Shown here one piece after another: positions 32,849-41,911 of a stretch of 64,000 nt of DNA (position 1 is its first letter; each line of letters starts with the position of its first letter). The DNA comes from Aulosira sp. ZfuVER01 (lineage in GTDB: Bacteria > Cyanobacteriota > Cyanobacteriia > Cyanobacteriales > Nostocaceae). The DNA lies in NCBI GenBank assembly GCA_034530615.2, contig JAVRCV020000046.1:54530-118529 (forward strand). The letters run 5' to 3'. The position numbers and the translations under genes are program-made. Under the pieces are notes generated by a model. It was given only the letters and a program-made list of their open reading frames with translations, was not told the origin of the DNA and did not search any database.

Positions 32849-33805
32849 TTAATTAGCAATTATTTTGTCAAATTCTTGTTTAATTTCATCAGCAAAGAAT
32901 TGTGGGCTTAAAATTTGCGCATTGGCACCATATTTCAAAATACGCTGGCGAAACCAAAACCAATAATCTACCGTTGCTGCAATGTCTCGGTATTTTCCTT
33001 CCGGGTCAATGTCAACGATCGCTTCATCTTGGCGTCGCGGTTGATAATTAGATAATGCGCCACTGGTACGATAGCGAATTTCTAATTTGGGAAAATCGCA
33101 GGATACCCAATGAGTATCTGATGCAGCACCAACGCTAGTAATTTTATCGAGGCGAAAGATATGGTTTTGGTCGATGTTTTGCCAATAGTCAAATCGCCAA
33201 GAACGCCAGTCGGGGATAAATGCAAATAGGTAGAGAACTCCATCGTGCAATCGCAATTCTGAACGGTCGATATCCCAGATGCGTCCTTCTGCTCCTGGTT
33301 TACTTTGATAGCGAATAGTATAGCGACATTGTTGCACAAAGCGTTCTTGGAGTTGGCTAACGATCGCACCCAAATTGCGAGCGCTATAATCAACAGGAGG
33401 ACTAAAATCGACTTTCACAAACGCGGGTATATCCAACTCTGTTAAATTACCGATGCGTTGAATTTGGCTAGCTTGCGCCGAAAAGCCCATGTCAGCTAAG
33501 AAATATGCCGCTATTGCTAGGGCTTCTCGCTGTTCGGTTGATAAAATAACAGGAAAATTTGACTCGATTAGTTCGTAGGGGCTATGAGTACTGCTGTTAA
33601 TTTCGATACCGCAGTCTCTAAGTTTGCGAATTGTACGGATAATTTTTTGTTTAATATCACCATCCGCCGATTTACCATGTTGTACTAAAAAAGCTGAAAG
33701 TAAATCTTCTAATTCTTGGCGTCGTCGTGGCTTTTCGGCTAGAAGTCTCAGGATTTCCAGAGCAAAAGCTATTTGGTTGTAATTGCCGTCACTTTTGGCG
33801 GGCAT
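32849..33805 (-). CDS. WYL-domain transcriptional regulator associated with type I-D CRISPR-Cas
   Basis: N-terminal wHTH, LYLFA...FRLDKI WYL core, ILKYGANAQILSP WCX-like end. Confidence 0.85.
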   Translation of the reverse strand: MPAKSDGNYNQIAFALEILRLLAEKPRRRQELEDLLSAFLVQHGKSADGDIKQKIIRTIRKLRDCGIEINSSTHSPYELIESNFPVILSTEQREALAIAAYFLADMGFSAQASQIQRIGNLTELDIPAFVKVDFSPPVDYSARNLGAIVSQLQERFVQQCRYTIRYQSKPGAEGRIWDIDRSELRLHDGVLYLFAFIPDWRSWRFDYWQNIDQNHIFRLDKITSVGAASDTHWVSCDFPKLEIRYRTSGALSNYQPRRQDEAIVDIDPEGKYRDIAATVDYWFWFRQRILKYGANAQILSPQFFADEIKQEFDKIIAN

Positions 33806-34049
33806 ACTTGAGGAAGATATTCCTACAGATGGCGAGGAATCATTAACTTGAGAGTTTAGCAGAAAATTTTGGCTTTGCTAACTCAGTAGTTCTGCCAAAA
33901 ATTGCGCGATCCTACGACCTTTTGACAGCGAGGACACCAAAGTCGTTGTCTTGTTAAAGAAAGCCCTCGTTTTGACTAAATAAATTATTGTAGTGCGATC
34001 GCAGTTCTGATCTGTGGGATGATGCGCGATCGCTTTCATCATTGGTTTA

Positions 34050-34241
34050 TTATTCAACTTGGGATTGTCTGATTTTTTCTCTAACCAGTTGCTCGAACTG
34101 ATCCATCGAAGTTATCTCAATCCCTGGTTCGCTTTGCAGCCTATCCATGTATGCATGGAATGCAGCTTGGTCTTGCGGATGTGTTCTCACATATTCCCTT
34201 AGCTGCTCTCTGCTCATGGTGGCAAAATTTATCTCAGTCAT
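34050..34241 (-). CDS. DUF6887-like small protein
   Basis: NFATMSREQLREYVRTHPQDQAAFHAYMDR; ATGA overlap with upstream gene. Confidence 0.7.
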   Translation of the reverse strand: MTEINFATMSREQLREYVRTHPQDQAAFHAYMDRLQSEPGIEITSMDQFEQLVREKIRQSQVE

Positions 34242-34423
34242 AAAAACCTCACTTTACCGTTTGGATAAATCAGTATTTCTGTCTCCTCCCCAGCTAAAAC
34301 ATAGATTTGATTTGTTCTCTCATCTAGCCTAACCACGTTAATTGGTTGAAGTACATTACTTAATCTGACGCAAACTAAGAAAAATTCAAAGGTTTGCTTG
34401 GAAGTTGGTATTTCTGGATACAT
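34238..34423 (-). CDS. DUF6888-like small protein
   Basis: LSN...PI..VRLDERT..IYVLAGEE.EI.I.PNG..RFL. Confidence 0.7.
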   Translation of the reverse strand: MYPEIPTSKQTFEFFLVCVRLSNVLQPINVVRLDERTNQIYVLAGEETEILIYPNGKVRFL

Positions 34424-34478
34424 AACTGCGGAATATTGACCTTGGAAAATAACCAGCTAAACCTATTTTTAGATTTGA

Positions 34479-34770
34479 GTTTTAATCCCATTACTGGGAA
34501 TTATTAATTTGAAAGTGCCTTGGCTTTGTGTTGCCCTTCGCGTCTTACCTCTGTTTCAATCCCGTTGCCAAGAGTCATTAATTTGAAATGACTAGAAAAA
34601 GCATGTTCGGATTACTTGCAGCAGCAAGTTTAAATCCCGCGAACGGGTTTCATTAATTTTAAAGTTTGCTCTCCTTGCTAAAAGTAAGGAGATTCAGAAT
34701 AGTGGGGAAAGGCCAGTTGATAAAATGGAGACTGTTTCAATCCCGCGTGCAGGTATTCATTACATTAAAA
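34479..34770 (-). CRISPR. Degenerate CRISPR mini-array (4 repeats, 3 spacers), opposite orientation to the main array
   Basis: Repeats at 34479-34515, 34553-34589, 34628-34664 (2 mismatches to the main repeat) and 34734-34770; spacers of 37, 38 and 69 nt. Confidence 0.85.
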
Positions 34771-34828
34771 TGCAACTGACCTCCCTTATAAGAGCATATC
34801 ACAAGGTCATTGCTTCAGTTAATTTTTG

Positions 34829-34881
34829 GTAAGTCTATATTTAATCAAATATTTGACTTTCTTGGGTGTAGGTGGTAAAAA
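34829..34881 (+). promoter_or_regulatory. GTA-PAM self-target site of the mini-array spacer, adjoining a sigma70-like promoter (TTGACT-17-TAAAAA with TGn extension)
   Basis: AGTCTATATTTAATCAAAT versus spacer AGTCTCCATTTTATCAACT; -35 at 34853-34858, -10 at 34876-34881. Confidence 0.6.
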
Positions 34882-35021
34882 ATTAATTAGGATTAAAAAT
34901 CTAAGCAAAAGCCCCCGCTGGAACTGGCATTCCAACGGAGGAAACTTAAGATTTTTATTTTTAGAGGCAAAGATGTGTGTTTGCCCTAAGTTTTTCGTAC
35001 CTTAAAAAAGGAACTCATTAA

Positions 35022-35222
35022 ATGTACTGTAATTTTACCACTGTTTCAGAAACTTTGCATCTCAATATTGAGCAAAGTTACAATTTATTGCTGGAACATT
35101 CAACACCAACAGGAAGCATTAACCAAATCCAAGTATCTGCTTGGAGACAAGTTTCTGTAACTGCTTGCAGAGTGTATAAAGAGGAAAAGAATTGTACTCC
35201 CTCTGTGTTGCACGAAAGCTAA
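35022..35222 (+). CDS. Small hypothetical ORF (66 aa) upstream of cas3
   Basis: AAGGA RBS-like sequence before ATG; no recognised motif. Confidence 0.35.
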   Translation: MYCNFTTVSETLHLNIEQSYNLLLEHSTPTGSINQIQVSAWRQVSVTACRVYKEEKNCTPSVLHES

Positions 35223-35421
35223 ATTTTTACTCCTTCAAAAAGAAGTTTGCGGAAAATGCCATTAATCTAAATAAAAATGCTAGTTCTGGGATTGCAAAAT
35301 TTCAGTAGTCTAAAAACTAGCACAAAGTAGCGTTTTCCTCATTTTTCCCTTGTCGGAGTACCATAATATGCCAGCAATTAGATTTCAATTGCTGGCTCAC
35401 TCTGTATTGAACAATTTAAGC

Positions 35422-35467
35422 AATTTGATATCAACAGCTTCAAAAAAATATAGATTGATATCAAATT
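35422..35467. promoter_or_regulatory. Perfect 13-bp inverted repeat upstream of cas3, candidate operator
   Basis: AATTTGATATCAA-N20-TTGATATCAAATT. Confidence 0.55.
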
Positions 35468-35528
35468 TTGACTACAACATTCCCAAAACTAGTCTTAAAC
35501 TGGGTGCAAATAACAAAAAGTAAGTCAG

Positions 35529-37664
35529 GTGAAACTTTTTTTACAACCTCTTTACTCTCAACTCAACCCAGGAGTTGAGAACTGTCTCCTTGAGTGTAAC
35601 TCTGAATGCCTTGTTACACAAAGGGCTAGTGACCTTAAACCACCCGATGGATGTATCTGTCCTCTCTCATCACACCAAGCGCAAAACTATAAGGAAATTA
35701 TACACGGTGATGCAGATATTATCTGTAATCAAGCGGCAACTGGTGATGGTAAAACCCTGGGTGCAAATTTACCGACGCTGATTAATCCTGATTTTCGCAT
35801 TATGGGGTTATATCCCACAATTGAACTCGTGGAAGACCAAGCCGAACAGCAATATAAATATCATGCGCTGTTTGGGTTGGATGCTGCTCAACGAGTAGAC
35901 CGTTTATTTGGTGCGGAATTAAGCAGAAGGGTAAAGCAAGCAAATAAAAGTAATAAATTTCAAGAATTACTACTAGCGATTCAACAAAAGCCAATTTTGC
36001 TGACTAACCCCGATATTTTCCATTACATGACTCACTTTCAATACCGCGACCCGGCTTATGGTAGCGATCAACTACCATTAGTATTGGCAGAATGGCCTGA
36101 TTTGTGGGTATTTGATGAATTTCATATTTTTGGTAGTCATCAAGAAACAGCAGCTTTAAATAGTTTGGCTTTTATTCGTCGCAGCCAAGAAAATCAATCC
36201 CGTCCCCGGCGGTTTTTGTTTACTTCCGCAACGCCAAAAGAAGATTTTATTCAACAGTTACGCACAGCCGGGTTTAAGGTGGCTGAGGTTAAGGGAGTTT
36301 ATGCAAGTGAAGCAAAGCCAGGATTTCGCCAAATTCTGCAAGCTGTGGAATTAGAGTTAGTGGAATTAGCCAAAGATGGAGACACGCAGACATGGTTAAG
36401 GGAAATGATTCCCACCATTCAGCAAATTCTGAATGCAGAGTCTAAAGCCAGGGGATTGATAATTGTTAATTCCGTGGCGAAAGCTGGTCAGGTGACTCGG
36501 TTGTTAGATGCTTTATTACCAGGAGTGAAAGTTCGAGAAATTAGCGGACGCATCGACAGACAACAAAGATTGCAGGTACAAAGCGACTTAAAAGATGCAC
36601 AACAGCCAGTATTAGTAGTGGGGACATCTGCGGTTGATGTGGGTGTGGACTTTAAAATTCACCTGTTGATTTTTGAAAGTAGCGACTCTGCAACAGTAAC
36701 GCAGCGTTTGGGAAGATTGGGGAGACATCCGGGTTTTAATGTGTACACAGCATTTATTTTAATTCCCGGTCATACTCCTTGGGTGATGGCGAGACTGCAA
36801 GAAAAACTCAGTCCACAACAGAAAGTGACAAGAGAGATTTTAACAGATGCGATCGCCTACGCCTTTGACCTACCCAAAAAGTTTGAAGAATATCGCCAGC
36901 ATTGGGGTGCATTACAAGCACAGGGAATGTTTTGGCGAATGACGCAAGAGAATAAAAAAGTTAGTGAATTAGTGCGCGCAAACATAACAAAAGATTTGCA
37001 GCGCCTATATTCTAAAAGCATTGAATCAAAACAGGCTTACTGGTATAAAAAGCAGAAAACTGAGGTCGAAAAAGCCACCCAACAAGAACTGTTACGCTTT
37101 CGCGGAGGTTCAACCTTACAAGCGGCGGTTTGGGACGAGAATAATTTTTACACTTACGACTTGCTGCGACTTTTACCTTATGCGCGAGTAGAAATAATCG
37201 ACCGTGAGACATTTTTAAAAGCAGCTAATAAATCAGCAAGAGGTGAAGAAGAATTTCCCGATGATTTCATTAATGTTTATCTTCGCATTCAGTCATGGGT
37301 TGACCAGCGAATTGAGCATTTGAGTTTACACACCAACCGTCAAAGCAGCGAAATCCAAATTGGCGAACTTTGTCTAATCGATAAATTAACCCTCATTGGA
37401 CATCCTCAAGCTGATGTCATTAATTGTTTGCGACAAAAGAAACTCCTAACTTTTCTCGTCCCAGTCAACAAAAACAAACAAAGTAGCCATTGGGAAGTTA
37501 GCCGTACCCTTAACCTCAGTCCTTTATTTGGTTTATATCGCTTAGTTGACGCTAGCGAACAAGCTTACGCCTGTGCATTCAATCAAGATGCATTACTTCT
37601 CGAAGCTTTAAAGTGGCGCTTAAAAAAATTCACCAACACCCGCTTTGAATCTTCCATATTTTAA
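35529..37664 (+). CDS. cas3: Type I-D Cas3' helicase (no HD domain)
   Basis: ATGDGKT, DEFH, TSAT, GTSAVDVGVD, QRLGRLGR. Confidence 0.93.
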   Translation: MKLFLQPLYSQLNPGVENCLLECNSECLVTQRASDLKPPDGCICPLSSHQAQNYKEIIHGDADIICNQAATGDGKTLGANLPTLINPDFRIMGLYPTIELVEDQAEQQYKYHALFGLDAAQRVDRLFGAELSRRVKQANKSNKFQELLLAIQQKPILLTNPDIFHYMTHFQYRDPAYGSDQLPLVLAEWPDLWVFDEFHIFGSHQETAALNSLAFIRRSQENQSRPRRFLFTSATPKEDFIQQLRTAGFKVAEVKGVYASEAKPGFRQILQAVELELVELAKDGDTQTWLREMIPTIQQILNAESKARGLIIVNSVAKAGQVTRLLDALLPGVKVREISGRIDRQQRLQVQSDLKDAQQPVLVVGTSAVDVGVDFKIHLLIFESSDSATVTQRLGRLGRHPGFNVYTAFILIPGHTPWVMARLQEKLSPQQKVTREILTDAIAYAFDLPKKFEEYRQHWGALQAQGMFWRMTQENKKVSELVRANITKDLQRLYSKSIESKQAYWYKKQKTEVEKATQQELLRFRGGSTLQAAVWDENNFYTYDLLRLLPYARVEIIDRETFLKAANKSARGEEEFPDDFINVYLRIQSWVDQRIEHLSLHTNRQSSEIQIGELCLIDKLTLIGHPQADVINCLRQKKLLTFLVPVNKNKQSSHWEVSRTLNLSPLFGLYRLVDASEQAYACAFNQDALLLEALKWRLKKFTNTRFESSIF

Positions 37665-37767
37665 AACTTACAGCTTGAACATTAACCCTTACAGCTTGAA
37701 TTTTGAATACTTCGACTTCGCTCAGTACAAGTTTTGAATTTTGAATTTTGAATTTTGAATTGTTAAT

Positions 37768-40713
37768 ATGTCTACCCTCATCCAAACACTCCTCATCGAA
37801 ACCCTCCCACAAGACACAGACCCAATTCTGCATTCCTATATCGAGAAATTACTCCCATCTCTCGAACAAGAATTTTCCTCAATTTCCGCATTAGGCGGTA
37901 GTTACGACGCACATTATCAAATTTTATCTCAGCTAGGCGATCGCTATGCTCAAAAAAATGCCCAAAACTGGTCAAACCGTGCTGACCAAAATTTACTAGT
38001 TCACGTTCTCAATGGCTTACTCACAGCTTGGAACATCAGCAAATATTTACCTCAACCTTTATCAGATATCGAAAAATATCTCCTTTGTTTAGGCTTAACT
38101 TTGCACGATTACAACAAATATTGCAACGGACAAGGAGAAGAAACACCCAAAAATTCGCAAGTTGAAGAAATTATCAATCTCTGTCGTAACTTAGGCGAAA
38201 AACTCAACTTTCAATTATTTTGGACAGAATGGCAAGCGTATTTACCAGAAATTGCTTACTTAGCACAAAATACTCAAAACAAAGCTGGCACAAATCTTTA
38301 CCCTGCTAACTGGCCTGTTCCTAAAATTAAAGACCGTCACCGTTTAGAAATTCCCCTACGTCGTCTGCTAGCTTTTGGCGATATTGCAGTACATTTTACC
38401 GACCCAGGTGATATAGATACTCAAACCAGAGGAGATAGACTGCGAGAACAACTGCGGTATTTAAATATTAACAAAAGTTTGGTTTATCATCGCTTGCGAG
38501 ACACCATAGGTATTGTGAGTAATGGTATTCATAACGCCACAATTAAATATGCCAAAGACCTAAATTGGGAACCCATTTTATTTTTTGCTCAAGGTGTAAT
38601 TTATCTCGCACCATCAAATACTGAAACTCCAGATATTTACGAACTCCAAGAATTTATTTGGCAACAAATCAGCGGAGTTTTGGCAAGTAAAATGATGGGT
38701 GGTGATATTGGTTTTAAGCGAGATGGTAAAGGCTTAAAAGTTGCACCCCAAACCATAGAATTATTTTCGCCAGAGGAACTGATTCCCAAACTACCACGAG
38801 TAATTGAAGTCAAAGTAGCAAATATCAAAGACCCAGCTACACCCAAACGTTTAGAAAAATTAGATTTAACTGCAACTGAGCGAGAATTTCTCAATCAAGG
38901 TGCAGATATTCGTGCTGATAGAATTGCCGAATTTATTTTTCTGACTCAAAAAGAGTTTTTTGGTGATTCCCCAGCATACATCAACTGGATGCTAAATAAA
39001 TTAGGAGTGCAAGATAACATATCTCCCGAACAAACCCAAATCCAAGCGGGAGGTGTGAATTATGGCTGGTATCATACAGCAGCTTATTATGTTGCTAATC
39101 ATGCATCTTCTAAGCCAGAAGATATTTCAGAATCGATGGAAAAATGGGCGGAAGATTTAGCAAGTTGGGCAAGTGCAAATAACTTACTCCCCTCACATTC
39201 TAGCCCTATCCATGAGATTTTCTCTCAATACTTAACCCAATATTTAGAAGTTAAAGGCTGGTCTAGTAATCAACCATCATTTAGTGCGGAATTTACAGCT
39301 TATGCTGATGCAAAAACCAAAGCCGCAAAACAACCAATTTGTTCCTTAAGTTCCGGTGAATTTGCATCAGAAGACCAAATGGATTCAGTGGTTTTATTTA
39401 AACCGCAACAATATAGTAACAAAAATGCCCTTGGCGGCAGACAAATTAAACGCGGTATTTCCAAAATCTATGCCCTAGAAATGTTAATGCGTCAAGCTTT
39501 TTGGGCAGTCCCAGCCGGAAAATTAGAAGAACAACAACCAGTATTTTTATATATCTTTCCAGCTTATGTCTATTCTCCTCAAACTGCGGCGGCTATCAAA
39601 TTGTTAGTCAACAATATGAAACAGATTAATCTCTGGGATGTCCGCAAGCAATGGTTAGAGAAGGAGATGAAAATTCAGGCTTTACAATCAGTTGCTTGGT
39701 TAACTGAAGAAGCAACATCAGGACGCTTTCACAACGATAAATACAATACAGAAGACTTGCCCTTTATGGCAATGAATTACACAACCACCAGAGGTAAAAC
39801 CCTCACCGATGCGTGGGTACAACCTGCTTTTTTGGCTTTATCTCTGCCAATATTACTAGGAGTAAAAGTAATAGCTACCAGTAGTTCTGTCCCCCTGTAT
39901 AACAGCGATAGTGACTTTAAAGAGTCTGTAATTCTGGATGCACCCGCATCATTTTGGAATTTACTCGGATTATCCAATTCTCTGCGAATTCAGGATTTTG
40001 AAAATGCCATACAGCGCCTTTTATTTGCCTACAGTCTGCATTTAGATACTCGCAGTTCTCCCCCTGATGCTAAATGGCGAGATTTGATTAAAACAGTGCG
40101 AGAAGTAACAACAAATGTCCTCAATATTTTTGCTTTAGCAGAAGAAGGATTGCGACGTGATAAACGTATACCCAGCCAAGAAGAAGTCAAACGTTATTGG
40201 CTATATGCCCAATTATGGGTAGATGATAAAAATGAAATTAACGAGGGAGGAAAGTATTTAATGAATTTCATAGAAGAAATAGCTCAAAAATACCGCAAAT
40301 TTTATCGTGTTGGAGAAGATGATTTAGGTAATGTTTACTCTAATGAATCAAGTCATTCTATTCTACGTCCAATTAGCATTGCCTTAGACGTTATGCTCAG
40401 TAGTCCTGTTAATACGGATAAAGATACTTTAATTAAGATTGGTTGTGGACAAATTAGAGATGCTTTAGAACGGCTCAAAGGGAAAGAAATTTCAAGACGT
40501 ATTTTACGAAATAACAAATCCCAAGAGCTATATGTAATTCAAGAATTTATGGAATTCTGTGTCGAAGAAATTTTGGGAAATGAACAAAATAAGCAAGGTT
40601 ACTGTAAAGGCGATCGCGCTTTATTACAAGAAAACCGCAACCGCATCAAATCCGGTGCAGAATTTGCTTATCGGTGGTTAGCTTTGCAAGAAAAAGCTGC
40701 TAAATCATCCTAA
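37768..40713 (+). CDS. cas10d: Type I-D large subunit Cas10d/Csc3 with N-terminal HD nuclease
   Basis: DQNLLVHVLNG and LHDYNK motifs; position between cas3 and csc2. Confidence 0.93.
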   Translation: MSTLIQTLLIETLPQDTDPILHSYIEKLLPSLEQEFSSISALGGSYDAHYQILSQLGDRYAQKNAQNWSNRADQNLLVHVLNGLLTAWNISKYLPQPLSDIEKYLLCLGLTLHDYNKYCNGQGEETPKNSQVEEIINLCRNLGEKLNFQLFWTEWQAYLPEIAYLAQNTQNKAGTNLYPANWPVPKIKDRHRLEIPLRRLLAFGDIAVHFTDPGDIDTQTRGDRLREQLRYLNINKSLVYHRLRDTIGIVSNGIHNATIKYAKDLNWEPILFFAQGVIYLAPSNTETPDIYELQEFIWQQISGVLASKMMGGDIGFKRDGKGLKVAPQTIELFSPEELIPKLPRVIEVKVANIKDPATPKRLEKLDLTATEREFLNQGADIRADRIAEFIFLTQKEFFGDSPAYINWMLNKLGVQDNISPEQTQIQAGGVNYGWYHTAAYYVANHASSKPEDISESMEKWAEDLASWASANNLLPSHSSPIHEIFSQYLTQYLEVKGWSSNQPSFSAEFTAYADAKTKAAKQPICSLSSGEFASEDQMDSVVLFKPQQYSNKNALGGRQIKRGISKIYALEMLMRQAFWAVPAGKLEEQQPVFLYIFPAYVYSPQTAAAIKLLVNNMKQINLWDVRKQWLEKEMKIQALQSVAWLTEEATSGRFHNDKYNTEDLPFMAMNYTTTRGKTLTDAWVQPAFLALSLPILLGVKVIATSSSVPLYNSDSDFKESVILDAPASFWNLLGLSNSLRIQDFENAIQRLLFAYSLHLDTRSSPPDAKWRDLIKTVREVTTNVLNIFALAEEGLRRDKRIPSQEEVKRYWLYAQLWVDDKNEINEGGKYLMNFIEEIAQKYRKFYRVGEDDLGNVYSNESSHSILRPISIALDVMLSSPVNTDKDTLIKIGCGQIRDALERLKGKEISRRILRNNKSQELYVIQEFMEFCVEEILGNEQNKQGYCKGDRALLQENRNRIKSGAEFAYRWLALQEKAAKSS
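40261..40713 (+). CDS. cas11d: Cas11d small subunit from an internal in-frame start in cas10d (150 aa)
   Basis: GGAGG at 40246-40250 followed by an in-frame ATG at 40261; known feature of type I-D. Confidence 0.75.
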   Translation: MNFIEEIAQKYRKFYRVGEDDLGNVYSNESSHSILRPISIALDVMLSSPVNTDKDTLIKIGCGQIRDALERLKGKEISRRILRNNKSQELYVIQEFMEFCVEEILGNEQNKQGYCKGDRALLQENRNRIKSGAEFAYRWLALQEKAAKSS

Positions 40714-40763
40714 TTTTTTATCTTTGATTATCGCCGTAATCTCAAATTATCAGGAACCAAACC

Positions 40764-41768
40764 ATGAGCATTCTCAAAACATTAAAACCCGAATTTCAAT
40801 CTGTATTTCCCCGCTTGGCTTCTGGGAAGTATATCCACTTCATTATGCTACGTCATAGTCAATCATTCCCCGTATTCCAAACAGATGGAATTCTCAACAC
40901 TGCACGTACACAAGCCGGGTTAGGAACTACAGATGAAAGCAAAAAACAAATTAGTCGTTTGGTGATGTTCAAGCGCAAACAAACCACCCCCGAACGACTT
41001 GCGGGACGCGAATTACTGCGGGGGTTAAATCTGACTAGCGCCGATGAAGCAAACAAAGATAAACACTGCGAATATAACGGCGAGAAATCTTGCAAAAAAT
41101 GCCCCGATTGTATTATCTATGGATTTGCGATCGGTGATAGTGGTTCGGAACGTTCTAAAGTCTATTCTGACTCAGCTTTTTCTCTTAGCGCTTATGAAAA
41201 ATCCCATCGCAGTTTCACATTTAATGCACCCTTTGAAGGTGGAACAATGAGCGAAGCTGGAGAAATGCGTAGTAGTATTAACGAATTAGATCATGTTATT
41301 CCCGAAGTCACATTCCCCACAATAGAAACCCTGCGCGATCCTACTTATGAAGGCTTTATTTACGTTCTAGGCAATTTACTGCGTACCAAACGTTATGGCG
41401 CACAGGAATCACGCACAGGAACAATGCGAAATTACATCGCCGGAATTGTATTTGGCGATGGTGAAATCTTTAGTAATTTACATTTCACGCAAGCGCTTTA
41501 TGATGCTTTAAAAGGTGATGTAAATGCTCCAGTTAGCGATATTTTACAGCAGGTAGAATCAGTGGCTAATAATTTACTCAACGATGAACCTATACGCAAA
41601 ACTAAGCTGATTTTTGGTTCACAGTTAAATGATTTGTTAGAGGAAGTTAACGCACTTTATCAAGATGAAGTAAGTTTAGTAGAAACAATGTCTGCACTCT
41701 ACGGACAAACTAAAGCCTATGCAGAATCTTTTGGAGCGTTGAAAAAGAAAGGGAAGAGTAATTCGTAA
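40764..41768 (+). CDS. cas7: Type I-D Cas7/Csc2
   Basis: FKRKQTTPERLAGRE, CxxCPDCIIYGFA, RYGAQESRTG. Confidence 0.93.
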   Translation: MSILKTLKPEFQSVFPRLASGKYIHFIMLRHSQSFPVFQTDGILNTARTQAGLGTTDESKKQISRLVMFKRKQTTPERLAGRELLRGLNLTSADEANKDKHCEYNGEKSCKKCPDCIIYGFAIGDSGSERSKVYSDSAFSLSAYEKSHRSFTFNAPFEGGTMSEAGEMRSSINELDHVIPEVTFPTIETLRDPTYEGFIYVLGNLLRTKRYGAQESRTGTMRNYIAGIVFGDGEIFSNLHFTQALYDALKGDVNAPVSDILQQVESVANNLLNDEPIRKTKLIFGSQLNDLLEEVNALYQDEVSLVETMSALYGQTKAYAESFGALKKKGKSNS

Positions 41769-41782
41769 TTATCTTTTCTATT

Positions 41783-41886
41783 GTAGGGTGCGTTATCGCT
41801 TTAGCGTAACGCACCACCAACCAATTAATTTTTCTCTGCACCATCAACAATTAAGGTGCGTTAGCCTGCGGCATAACACACCCTAC
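41783..41886. repeat. REP/REPIN-like element between cas7 and cas5
   Basis: GTAGGGTGCGTTA...TAACGCACC ... GGTGCGTTA...TAACACACCCTAC, two hairpins with inverted outer ends. Confidence 0.65.
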
Positions 41887-41911
41887 GAAAATTAAAAATG
41901 GCGTGCTTTTT

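Noticed and set aside
33892..33905. CTGCCAAAA(A)TTGC shared by the WYL upstream region and the CRISPR leader (45771-45783)
   Set aside because: Only 9 bp contiguous identity plus an indel; too weak without conservation data.
34963..34977. AGAGGCAAAG as a target of the 37-nt mini-array spacer
   Set aside because: No GTN PAM (TTT upstream) and the match breaks at position 9.
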